NCBI GenBank assembly: GCA_947459425.1
Contig: CANHDJ010000008.1
Span: 6,671 to 70,670 of the forward strand
DNA from: Ignavibacteria bacterium
GTDB taxonomy: Bacteria; Bacteroidota; Ignavibacteria; Kapaibacteriales; UBA4661
DNA length: 64,000 nt
Direction: 5' to 3'
The number at the start of each line of letters is the position of its first letter. Position 1 is the first letter of the stretch. Under the pieces are notes generated by a model that saw only the letters and a list, made by a program, of their open reading frames with translations, was not told the origin of the DNA and searched no databases. The position numbers and the translations under genes are program-made. Shown piece after piece: positions 9,703 to 18,682 of the stretch.

Positions 9703-11754
9703 ATGCTTCTTCGCACTATGACTATTTCCCTCGGAACACTCGTGTTTTCTCGTCTTTTAGCAATTATTGGACTCCTTTTTCCTATGGTATTCCTGCCGAT
9801 ATATGCTCAAGACTCACCCCCAGCAACCGAAAGTTTTTCCCAAAACGAATGGCGTATTGGCGTGCTTGGCGGACTGTCGCGTCTGTATCATTCGTCGGCG
9901 GTGCTGATAGCGCCGCCAAATGCGAACTGCTGCGCCTACGAGCGTGGCGAGGCGCTTGGCTGGTGGGGCGGAATCTCCGGCGATTATGCTTTTTTGCCCG
10001 AAACGATTGAAATTGGCGCACGTGTGCTGTTTGCACGGAAGCCTCTTGCGCTCTCGCAAATCGTCAGTAAATTTGAGCGGTTTGATGACGTTGACAACTA
10101 TTTTACCCTCACACGACGATTTGAATATAGCGCCCCGGCAGATTTTATCGTCGGCGACCTCGGCGCACGGATTCAGCCGATTCGCGCCTTCCCGCTCTAT
10201 CTCCGGCTCAGTGCCGATGCGTCGTTTGCGCTGCGTTCGCAACTGCCTGTCAACGAAGTGGAAACCATGCTTACACCAAACGCCCTCTATCCCGCAACAA
10301 ACAGTGCAAACCAAACCAATACTCGCACGACAGCACTTCTTTCGCAACTCAATTTTGGCATAAGCGGCGCTCTCGGTGTGGAATTGCCCCTTGGAGAACG
10401 CCTATTGCTTGGTGCGGAAGCCGCGTACCGTTACGGCTTGACGACGGTGCGGCGAGATATTGACTGGCGCACAAATGCTCTACAAGGCGCATTAACACTG
10501 CGTTGGAGGTTTTTGCCGGAGCGCCCTTCAACGCCAACACCCGCGCCACCAACGCCAATAGACACGACTCCCGCACCGCGAGTGGTGGCAAAGGCTCTTG
10601 AAATCTCGTCATTTTCGGGAGCGCCCTTGGAAATTCAGGAAACAATTGTCACGCAGACCTTCCCGTTGCTGCCGTATATTTTCTTCGATAGCGCCAGTAC
10701 CGTCGTTCGCAACCGCTATAATCCCCGCATCGGCACAACGGCGAGGTTTGATGAAAACGCTCTGCCGAAAGAAACCTTGCAGATTTACTACCACGTGCTG
10801 CATATCATTGGGAAGCGGATGAGGGAAAATCCAAAATCAACGCTGACAATTACCGGCACGACCGACGGCAAAGAATGGTCAAATCTCGACAGCCGCCAAA
10901 TTCTCGCCATGCAACGCGCCCGCGCTGTTGCCAGTTTTTTGACAGGGTACTGGGGAATTGCGCAAAACCGTATAAAACTTGCCACAGAGGACACACCGAA
11001 ACTTGCTTCCAGCGACCGCTACGCTGAAGGCAACGAGGAAAATCGCCGTGTGGAGCTGAGTTCCACCGACCCCGAACTGCTCCGCCCAGTGGTGCAATAT
11101 CGCTTTCTCGAATTTACGCCTGTTCGTCAGGAGCATTATATGGCGGTGAAATTGCAAAATGCAGATGAAGCACAAAGCTACAAAGGCAGTATGCAAGCGC
11201 TCGACGAGACGTTTGCCGTCACCTCCGGCGTTTCCGCGCCTCCGGCACGATTGCCCTTTGCGCTGCGCCGCAAGTTCACTGCCAAACTCTCGCAGTCGCT
11301 TGGCAACTTGGATTCGGCGGATTGCTCCTTAGAAATTAAGGAAAAAAGCGGCGCTACGCTGACGGCGCATATTCGCGTTGACGTTTCGACGATAAAAAAT
11401 CAGTACGAAGTAAGCCGCCTGAATTTGATTGTTTTCGATTTTGACCGTGATGATATGGTCGAGGCAAACCGTGTTATGATGCGGCGTTTCGTGCTGGATG
11501 CGATTAAGCCAAATTCTCAAGTGTCCGTCACGGGTTCGACCGACCGACTGGGCGAGGCGAAATACAACAAAGAGTTGTCCGAATCTCGCGCCAAGGGCGT
11601 ACAAGATTTTATGCGGCGCGTCAATCCTGCCATTAACTTCCAAGAAGTGCGCGGCACGGGCGCATCCAGCCTACCTTTCGACAATGATCTTCCCGAAGGA
11701 CGCTATTATTGTCGCACCGTGAGCATTACCGTCCAAACCCCTCGTGGAGGCTAG
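9703..11754 (+). CDS. Outer-membrane protein with two OmpA-like peptidoglycan-binding domains
   Basis: 683-aa ORF with a signal-like N-terminus and a beta-barrel-like first ~270 aa. A Pro/Thr linker (PSTPTPAPPTPIDTTPAP) follows. Two OmpA-C-like units are present: TGTTDGKE...MQRARAVASFL...NRRVEL and VTGSTDRLGEAKYNKELSESRAKGVQDFM...GRYYCRTVSI. Confidence 0.75.
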   Translation: MLLRTMTISLGTLVFSRLLAIIGLLFPMVFLPIYAQDSPPATESFSQNEWRIGVLGGLSRLYHSSAVLIAPPNANCCAYERGEALGWWGGISGDYAFLPETIEIGARVLFARKPLALSQIVSKFERFDDVDNYFTLTRRFEYSAPADFIVGDLGARIQPIRAFPLYLRLSADASFALRSQLPVNEVETMLTPNALYPATNSANQTNTRTTALLSQLNFGISGALGVELPLGERLLLGAEAAYRYGLTTVRRDIDWRTNALQGALTLRWRFLPERPSTPTPAPPTPIDTTPAPRVVAKALEISSFSGAPLEIQETIVTQTFPLLPYIFFDSASTVVRNRYNPRIGTTARFDENALPKETLQIYYHVLHIIGKRMRENPKSTLTITGTTDGKEWSNLDSRQILAMQRARAVASFLTGYWGIAQNRIKLATEDTPKLASSDRYAEGNEENRRVELSSTDPELLRPVVQYRFLEFTPVRQEHYMAVKLQNADEAQSYKGSMQALDETFAVTSGVSAPPARLPFALRRKFTAKLSQSLGNLDSADCSLEIKEKSGATLTAHIRVDVSTIKNQYEVSRLNLIVFDFDRDDMVEANRVMMRRFVLDAIKPNSQVSVTGSTDRLGEAKYNKELSESRAKGVQDFMRRVNPAINFQEVRGTGASSLPFDNDLPEGRYYCRTVSITVQTPRGG

Positions 11755-11773
11755 AGATTGAGGAAAATATGCA

Positions 11774-12382
11774 GTGAAAATGATGAAGTATGAAATAATT
11801 TTCCCGATGCTTAAAATTACACAACTCGCGCATTTGCTTGTGCGCACGTGCTTTGCGGAACCATCATCCGACAGCCCGCTTTTCGCCATTGATGCGACGG
11901 TTGGCAATGGCTACGACACGCTTTTTCTTGCGGAATGTGTCGGGGAAAACGGCATGGTCTTTGGTTTCGACATTCAGGATATGACGGCGGTACGCTCGCA
12001 ACTGGCAAAGCGTGGTCTGGCAAAGCGCGTAACGCTCTTTCAGACGGGGCATGAAACAATGCTTTCGCATATTGCCGACAGTGCTGATGCGGGTGCAAGC
12101 GCAATTATATTCAATCTTGGCTATCTCCCAAATGGTGATAAATCGCTCGTTACAACGCGCCAAACAACGCTTGCAGCCTTGTCGCAAAGCCTGATGTTGC
12201 TGAAGCGTGGCGGAATACTGAGCGTTGCGTGTTATTCCGGTCATCCGGGCGGAGAGGAAGAAACAAACGCGGTGCTTGCATGGGCAAAAGCCTTGCCACA
12301 CGAAGAATACAGCGTTCTGCACCATCATTTGCTTAATCGGCAACGTACCTCGCCGGAACTTGTGGTTGTTCAAAAAATATAG
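11774..12382 (+). CDS. Class I SAM-dependent methyltransferase, putative rRNA/tRNA methylase (YtqB/MnmM-like)
   Basis: 202-aa ORF. Motif I-like DATVGNGYDTLFLAE, then VFGFDIQ, IFNLGYLPNGDK and GGILSVACYSGHPGG match my memory of the PF06962 YtqB family. Confidence 0.65.
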   Translation: MKMMKYEIIFPMLKITQLAHLLVRTCFAEPSSDSPLFAIDATVGNGYDTLFLAECVGENGMVFGFDIQDMTAVRSQLAKRGLAKRVTLFQTGHETMLSHIADSADAGASAIIFNLGYLPNGDKSLVTTRQTTLAALSQSLMLLKRGGILSVACYSGHPGGEEETNAVLAWAKALPHEEYSVLHHHLLNRQRTSPELVVVQKI

Positions 12383-12839
12383 GACATTCCTTGCCAAAAG
12401 TATTTTGGTATTGTACTCTTTTACTCTTCGACAGGTTTAAAGTAAAAAGTATATCAAGCCTTATTGAGCCGACCCAAAGCATCATCTGGCGGCTTTTGGG
12501 GACAGAAAAGAAAGAAAATGTTCTTGCGCAAAAAACATTCTTGTATATTGCCATTGCAACTGACAATACGCCCCCAACGATGTCTTTTCGCAGTCGCCTA
12601 CTCTCAAAACTGCACTTATGGCAAGTATTTCGCCTTCAATACCGTTATCCGCTACCCAAGCACCTATCGTTGACGTAGGTGGCGATTTGTTAATCTCAAG
12701 TATTCCCAATAAGAACTTTGGCGGAATAACCATGTCAGCAATAGGTCAGAGACCTGCTCTTCTTGCGCCAAATGTCTGCCTTCAAATCTTGTAATGCTAG
12801 ACTTTACACTTGCTTTCATCAATTTTTGCTCTTCGTTCC

Positions 12840-15806
12840 ATGACCGACCAATTTAGCGACCTTCTCCGGCAACTTCGCCGCACAACAAGCTACGATGTTG
12901 CGCCCAAAGCCGCTCAAGCAATATTTTTTCAACTATGTTTTGACGAGATTGGCGCATTTATCCGTGTTGTGAATAAAAAAGGCGAGGAAGTTGATGCTGA
13001 CTACCGCGCCTATTCCGGCACAGACCGCACGTTGCTGAAAACATTGGCAACCATTCAGGAACGGAGCGGCTTTGTGATTGACTGGGACAAACCCGCCAAG
13101 GCAGCGGATCATCCATATCTTGCCGAGCATGATTTTTTAGTCTGGCAACTGCGCGGTCTTTCCAATCTTCTTGATGCCGATATGCGCCCCGTTAGTTTCC
13201 CTGCGGCTTCCGAAGGACAAGCAGCGACGGTACTCCTAGAGATTCGCGCCGACCATACTTCTCCAAGCGCTTCCAATGCCTCTGCCCGTGAGAGCGACAA
13301 CAGCGTACTTGTCGAAAATACCGCACAAGCACAGAGCGCAGAAGGATCGCAGCGCCTAAGAGCAAGAGTAATCATCACTCTGGAAGGCGAAGAGGTTGAT
13401 TCCATGCGTCTTTTGACGGAACATAGCGCAATTATTTATCGAACACCAAGCGAAAATTCATCGGTGGTACTTGCGGAGATTGTCGAAATTGCGCCGCTTG
13501 GCGAGGCATTTATGGTGTTGCCGCGTTTTGCCACGATGCTTTTGCGGCAAGATGTGGAGCGGTATTTGTCGCTGTTGCACTCGTATTTCCCATCGTTGCG
13601 CTTCCGCTTTGAGGATTTTCGCCGTGCCACCGATGCACCAGAGGCAATAAAGACCGCACCGGCACTGCTTTTTGAGAAAGTTGACGAAGATAATATGCTG
13701 TATTTGAGGGTTGCTGCGACCTTGCCGCAATATCCGCAATTTGATTCCGATTTCCTTGCAGAGTATGATATTACCAAGATTGTCAGTCTGAACGAGTTGG
13801 AGCGCACGTTTGCTGTGAGCAATATCAGCAACGACGGTTTCATAATGCACGTGGAGGAAATTGATAAATTGCTTGCTAAATACGCCGCCAAGCTAACGGG
13901 AAAATCCGTTCGCAAAGGGCAAGAACACTATATCCGCGAACAAAATACGTTTATTATTCCCAGCGACCTTGCGAAGGAATTTATCCGCCATGAATTGAAA
14001 GAATTGATTGGTTCCTACACGATTTTGGGAGCGGACAAACTTAAATCCTATAAAGTTCGCGCCGTGCAGCCCTCATTAAACCTGAGTTTGTCGAGCGGTA
14101 TCAACTTTTTGGAAGGCGATGCGTCGCTGGATATTGAAGGCGAGACGTTTTCATTGTTCGATGCGCTTTCGCAGTATCGCAAAAACTCCTACATCACGCT
14201 TGCCGACGGCACTCAGGCGATTATCAACGAGCAGTATTTGGCAAAATTAGAGCGTATTTTTACGAAGCAGAAAGATAAGGTCAAAATCTCCTTTTTCGAC
14301 CTTCCGCTTGTTGAAGATCTTATTGACGAAACCATTGCTACAAGCGCTTTCCAAGCCTCTCGTGCTGTTTTTCAAGGCTTCAATGATTTGGCAACGCAGA
14401 AAACAAAACTTCCGAAAATCAATGCGACCTTGCGCCCCTACCAAGAGCAGGGCTACAAGTGGCTTCAATACTTGTACGACACTAACTTAGGCGGTTGTTT
14501 GGCAGACGACATGGGCTTGGGGAAAACGCTGCAAGCCATAACGCTGCTTTCTGCCATTTACCCCAAAGAAAAGCGCCCAACGCTTGTGGTCATGCCGAAA
14601 AGCCTTCTCTTCAACTGGGAAGCGGAATTGCAGAAATTTAATCCCAAACTCACCTACTACACCTACTACGCCGCCAACCGCGACATCAAGCAAGCACGGG
14701 ATTCGCAGCTTATTTTGACCACCTACGCCATGCTGCGGAACGATATTGAAATCTTCAAAGAAGAGAAATTCCACGCGGTAATTTTGGATGAATCGCAGAA
14801 TATTAAAAATCTGCAATCCCAAACCTCGAAAGCCGTCATGCTCTTGAATGCCGATAAACGCTTGGCGCTTTCCGGTACACCGATTGAAAATAATTTGGGC
14901 GAACTCTACGCACTCTTTCGTTTTTTGAACCCCGCCATGTTTGGTTCGGCGGAAGAGTTCAACCAGCGCTACGCAACGCCCATTCAGCGATACAGCGACA
15001 AAGAAGCGATTAGTGATTTGCGTAAAAAAATCTATCCGTTTATTCTCCGGCGGCTCAAAAAGGACGTTTTGACGGAGCTTCCGGGCAAAATTGAGCAAAC
15101 GCTTCTGGTGGATATGAGCGCCGAACAAGCCGAACTCTACGAATCGCGCCGTCGATTTTACTACGACACCGTGCGAACGCAGGTACGGACGCATGGCGTA
15201 CAGAAATCGCAATTTATGATTTTGCAAGCACTGTCGGAATTACGTCAAATTGCCTCTATTCCTGAGTCGCAGACCGATGGCGCTATCATTTCGCCGAAGC
15301 GCGAGGTGCTGATGGAGCAGCTTTCCGACGTAATATCTAACGGGCGAAAAGCACTCGTCTTTGCGAATTTTTTGGCGGGGGTCGAGGCAATTACCGAAGA
15401 ATGTGAAAACGCCGGAATCCGCGCCCAATCAATGACCGGAGCCACCAGCGACCGCCGAACACTCGTCAATACATTCCAAAATGACCCCGATATGCGCGTG
15501 TTCATTATGACACTCAAAACAGGCGGTTTGGGCTTGAACTTAACCGCCGCCGACACGATTTTTATTCTCGACCCGTGGTGGAACATTGCTGCCGAGACGC
15601 AAGCCATTGACAGAGCGCACCGCATGGGGCAAAAAGGCACGGTCTTCGCGTACAAACTCGTGGCGCGAGGCACTATTGAAGAAAAAATCCTGCAATTACA
15701 AGAGAAAAAACGGGCGCTTTTTGATTCGGTTATCTCCAGCGATACCGCATCACTCAAGGCGTTGAACGACGAAGACATTGAATTTATGTTAGGAGGTGCG
15801 TTATGA
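12840..15806 (+). CDS. SNF2-family DNA-dependent ATPase with long N-terminal extension
   Basis: The track ORF starts at 12810 on a non-ATG codon, and the first ATG is at 12840 (MTDQFSDLL). Helicase motifs are LADDMGLGKTLQAI (nt 14499-14528), DESQNIKN (nt 14787-14810), LSGTPIENNLGELYALF, LKTGGLGLNLT and DPWWNIAAETQAIDRAHRMGQ. About 530 aa lie N-terminal to the ATPase core. Confidence 0.9.
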   Translation: MTDQFSDLLRQLRRTTSYDVAPKAAQAIFFQLCFDEIGAFIRVVNKKGEEVDADYRAYSGTDRTLLKTLATIQERSGFVIDWDKPAKAADHPYLAEHDFLVWQLRGLSNLLDADMRPVSFPAASEGQAATVLLEIRADHTSPSASNASARESDNSVLVENTAQAQSAEGSQRLRARVIITLEGEEVDSMRLLTEHSAIIYRTPSENSSVVLAEIVEIAPLGEAFMVLPRFATMLLRQDVERYLSLLHSYFPSLRFRFEDFRRATDAPEAIKTAPALLFEKVDEDNMLYLRVAATLPQYPQFDSDFLAEYDITKIVSLNELERTFAVSNISNDGFIMHVEEIDKLLAKYAAKLTGKSVRKGQEHYIREQNTFIIPSDLAKEFIRHELKELIGSYTILGADKLKSYKVRAVQPSLNLSLSSGINFLEGDASLDIEGETFSLFDALSQYRKNSYITLADGTQAIINEQYLAKLERIFTKQKDKVKISFFDLPLVEDLIDETIATSAFQASRAVFQGFNDLATQKTKLPKINATLRPYQEQGYKWLQYLYDTNLGGCLADDMGLGKTLQAITLLSAIYPKEKRPTLVVMPKSLLFNWEAELQKFNPKLTYYTYYAANRDIKQARDSQLILTTYAMLRNDIEIFKEEKFHAVILDESQNIKNLQSQTSKAVMLLNADKRLALSGTPIENNLGELYALFRFLNPAMFGSAEEFNQRYATPIQRYSDKEAISDLRKKIYPFILRRLKKDVLTELPGKIEQTLLVDMSAEQAELYESRRRFYYDTVRTQVRTHGVQKSQFMILQALSELRQIASIPESQTDGAIISPKREVLMEQLSDVISNGRKALVFANFLAGVEAITEECENAGIRAQSMTGATSDRRTLVNTFQNDPDMRVFIMTLKTGGLGLNLTAADTIFILDPWWNIAAETQAIDRAHRMGQKGTVFAYKLVARGTIEEKILQLQEKKRALFDSVISSDTASLKALNDEDIEFMLGGAL

Positions 15807-17794
15807 GTTACGAACGAGAAAAACAGCTTCTCAACGCTATTTTCGGGACACCCAATCAATCATCAAAACCTGGTACGAATACACCTTCTACCAAAAAGCA
15901 GAGCGGTGTTTTTCACCCAAGCGACCCACTTTTTGACCTTAAAGTGGCGATTGACAAAACGTACAGCAAAGCCGAGATGGAAACAATGATGAAGGTCTAT
16001 CTTGCGCCGTTTCTTCAGGATTGCGGTGCTACGGAGCCAGCATTAGCTTCCTTTCAAGACCTTACTACGCCCAATTACAAAGCCTTCAAAGATGAATATA
16101 CGGCACTCATTGCCACGATATTCAACGATGGAGCGCTGTTCACACGGTTTTTTGCCGACCTTCCGCCAGTAGTGCAATCAATTATTTCGATTATTGTCTT
16201 TGAGCGCCATACGATGTGGTTCACGGAAATTGCACAAGAATTTCCGGGAACACAAGTGCGCACGTACAATAAAGCGCTCTATTATTCCGAAGAGCGCCCC
16301 GAAAGGACGGCGGAGTTTTCGTTGTTTCCGTGTAGCAAGGGACGCAGCCTTCTCAATAGTCTTGACCGTACGTACGATTTTGGTTTTTATTTTCCCCCGG
16401 CAATGCGGAAGGCGCTGCGCAAGCATTTGCCTGTACCTGCAACGAGTATTCTTGCGCCACTTGAGGATCCGCCAAAAGCAACATTTCACTACACCAACGA
16501 AGAAAACGCGCCGGATGCAGCAAAAATCGCCTATAATTTCATTCACAACGGTCGCCTTGAGTTCAGCAGTAACGGCAAAAAACCGCTTAAAGCCTCGCTA
16601 AAAAAGCTCTCTGTACTAACGCGCCTCCCGGAACTGTATCCTTCAATTTACAAGGATTTGGATATGCTTGCTGCCACACTGCTGGCGGCTCTGGCGCAAG
16701 GCTCATGGCAGACGAGCAGTCATCCCAATGATTCCGTACCAGAAATAGGCTCTTTGCGGGGGATGTTGTCGAATTATCGGGGTGGCGAGGCTGCGGGTTT
16801 TTCTGTTATAGAGCATATTTTGAGTCATGTTCGTAGAGTTTCCGCGAATTATTATTACTCGCCAAAGAGCGCTACGACAGAATTGGATAATAACGGCGCG
16901 TTTATTGACTTGCTTGCTACAATTCCTTCGGGGAAATGGGCGACGGTTGAGAATTTGTACCAAGTGTTGAAGGTCGAGGAAGAGCGATATTATCCGATTG
17001 CGCTGGACGATGCAGCGCAGAGCTGCTATATTCCGTATAAGATGCAATACAGTACAGAAAAAGTCATGCTGAATGATCGCGATTTGTATTCGCAAGCGCT
17101 GATTCTGCCTCTGCTCCAAGGCACGATGGCGGTATTTGCGGTATTGGGTATGGCGGAAATTGTCTTCGACGACCCCACCGCAGGGAAGGCGTTGTCGTGG
17201 AATGGAATGCCGCTTTCAAGCACCTTCGGCGGTATTCGTGCGATACGATTGACGGCGCTTGGCGAATATCTTTTGGGCAAAACAGCCTCCTACACCCCTC
17301 TAAAAGCACCGATAGGCTCATTTGGAACGGTTACGCTGGACGAGCATCGTTTATTGGCAAAATTATCGGGCGAGAATCACGAACTGGAACCGATATTGGA
17401 AGAATCCATGAGTCTTATAACAAGCACTGTCGATGGGCAGAAGCTCTACAAGATGGATTTTACCTCGTTCCTGCGGGATTGTCGCGACGACGACGATGTC
17501 AAGGTGAAAATAGAGCGATTCAAACGCAATATCGACCAAACATTGCCGCCCGTCTGGGAACAGTTCTTTCGTGAGGTGGTGCATAAAGTGGAGCCTTTGA
17601 AGGAAGATTTGGGATACCGCGTATTTACTTTGTCTCCGTCGCAAGGTTTGATGCGGGCTTTAATGCACGACGAGGTTTTGAAAAAAATAATTATTAAAGC
17701 CGAAGGGTATCGAATTTTAGTGCCGAAGCAGCATATCTCGACACTCCGAAAACGTTTAGAGAAACATGGTTACTTATTTTCGGGGAAAAATTAA
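15803..17794 (+). CDS. Hypothetical protein, SNF2-coupled partner (no recognisable catalytic motif)
   Basis: 663-aa ORF whose ATG overlaps the SNF2 stop (ATGA at 15803-15806). No Walker, nuclease, methylase or SWIM (CxC..CxH) motifs are visible, and the whole protein has only four Cys. The ORF length and the absence of competing frames support coding. Confidence 0.7.
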   Translation: MSYEREKQLLNAIFGTPNQSSKPGTNTPSTKKQSGVFHPSDPLFDLKVAIDKTYSKAEMETMMKVYLAPFLQDCGATEPALASFQDLTTPNYKAFKDEYTALIATIFNDGALFTRFFADLPPVVQSIISIIVFERHTMWFTEIAQEFPGTQVRTYNKALYYSEERPERTAEFSLFPCSKGRSLLNSLDRTYDFGFYFPPAMRKALRKHLPVPATSILAPLEDPPKATFHYTNEENAPDAAKIAYNFIHNGRLEFSSNGKKPLKASLKKLSVLTRLPELYPSIYKDLDMLAATLLAALAQGSWQTSSHPNDSVPEIGSLRGMLSNYRGGEAAGFSVIEHILSHVRRVSANYYYSPKSATTELDNNGAFIDLLATIPSGKWATVENLYQVLKVEEERYYPIALDDAAQSCYIPYKMQYSTEKVMLNDRDLYSQALILPLLQGTMAVFAVLGMAEIVFDDPTAGKALSWNGMPLSSTFGGIRAIRLTALGEYLLGKTASYTPLKAPIGSFGTVTLDEHRLLAKLSGENHELEPILEESMSLITSTVDGQKLYKMDFTSFLRDCRDDDDVKVKIERFKRNIDQTLPPVWEQFFREVVHKVEPLKEDLGYRVFTLSPSQGLMRALMHDEVLKKIIIKAEGYRILVPKQHISTLRKRLEKHGYLFSGKN

Positions 17795-17893
17795 GAAGAC
17801 TTCCTTTCCCCGGCGACTGTTACCACAAGTGCAGCAACTCGCCCGCCCAACGAACGGTGACACCACCCGACAACGAACAATGATAAAAAATCT

Positions 17894-18625
17894 ATGATAC
17901 ATTTTCGGCAATTTTCCTCATATTTGCTGCTCATTCTTTCGGCACACATTGCCAGTGCAAAAACGTCGGATTCAGTGCAAGCCTCTGTTCCTCTGCGCGA
18001 CAGTGCGCAAGCGGTTTCGGGGCTGAACCGAGGCACAACTGCTCCCGGAGGCGAATATCCGTTCACCCCCGACCAAGATAGTCGATTTTACGAGGCGCGA
18101 ACGCTACATCTCGCGCCCTCGTTGCGTTTTGAATTGGATGCAAGGCGAGTTTTTCAGGAACTGCTTTCCCCGCCTGATGCAAAGACAGTTTTGAGCGAAA
18201 TTATTCGGCAAAATATGGTCATCCAACCGTTGTTGTCGTCAGAGACAATGACGGAACTTGTGCAATACAAAGAAGATATTAGCCGAGCCATGAGCATTCC
18301 GGGAGTGAAGCAGTTTTCGGAACTGCCCGGACTTTTTGCACCTGGGAACCTCGGTGGAATCAAGCGTTTGCTCGGCATGGAGGAAGATGTTTCTCCGACA
18401 ATGCGCTACACACTTGATGAACGCGCACTGGTGAACGTGAGTATTTTTTCGCAACAAGCCGACAGGGTACGACTCATGCTGCACGGCTTTCAGTCTGCCG
18501 GAGCGTATTCCATGGTCTGGAATGGTCGTAATGATGCGGACTTGAGAGTTACAGTGGGTGATTACATCGGCGTAGTAGCAATCGGCACAAAAACCGCTCT
18601 CCGCAAGCGTATCCGCATTGATTAG
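17894..18625 (+). CDS. Hypothetical secreted protein with C-terminal FlgD-Ig/T9SS-CTD-like beta-sandwich
   Basis: 243-aa ORF with a signal peptide (LLLILSAHIASAKT). The C-terminal VNVSIFSQQADRVRLMLHGFQSAGAYSMVWNGRNDADLRVTVGDYIGVV resembles the FlgD-Ig / sorting-domain fold pattern. Confidence 0.5.
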   Translation: MIHFRQFSSYLLLILSAHIASAKTSDSVQASVPLRDSAQAVSGLNRGTTAPGGEYPFTPDQDSRFYEARTLHLAPSLRFELDARRVFQELLSPPDAKTVLSEIIRQNMVIQPLLSSETMTELVQYKEDISRAMSIPGVKQFSELPGLFAPGNLGGIKRLLGMEEDVSPTMRYTLDERALVNVSIFSQQADRVRLMLHGFQSAGAYSMVWNGRNDADLRVTVGDYIGVVAIGTKTALRKRIRID

Positions 18626-18682
18626 CCGTCTTTTGATTCAGTGATTCTTTATACTTCATTTCACATCTTCATTCTTTGTCCG

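Noticed and set aside
12391-12733. ORFs 12391..12678 (+, 95 aa) and 12482..12733 (-, 83 aa) in the AT-rich gap.
   Set aside because: They mutually overlap, show no recognisable motifs, and have atypical composition relative to neighbouring genes. Support is insufficient to call a gene.
11774-17794. Methyltransferase plus SNF2 plus partner as a DISARM, BREX or Zorya-type defence locus.
   Set aside because: The methyltransferase looks like a small YtqB/MnmM-type RNA methylase rather than a DNA MTase, and it is separated by the AT-rich gap. There are no DrmA/DrmB (DUF1998), PLD, ZorA/B or PglZ-like genes. Only the SNF2 plus unknown pair is retained as a finding.
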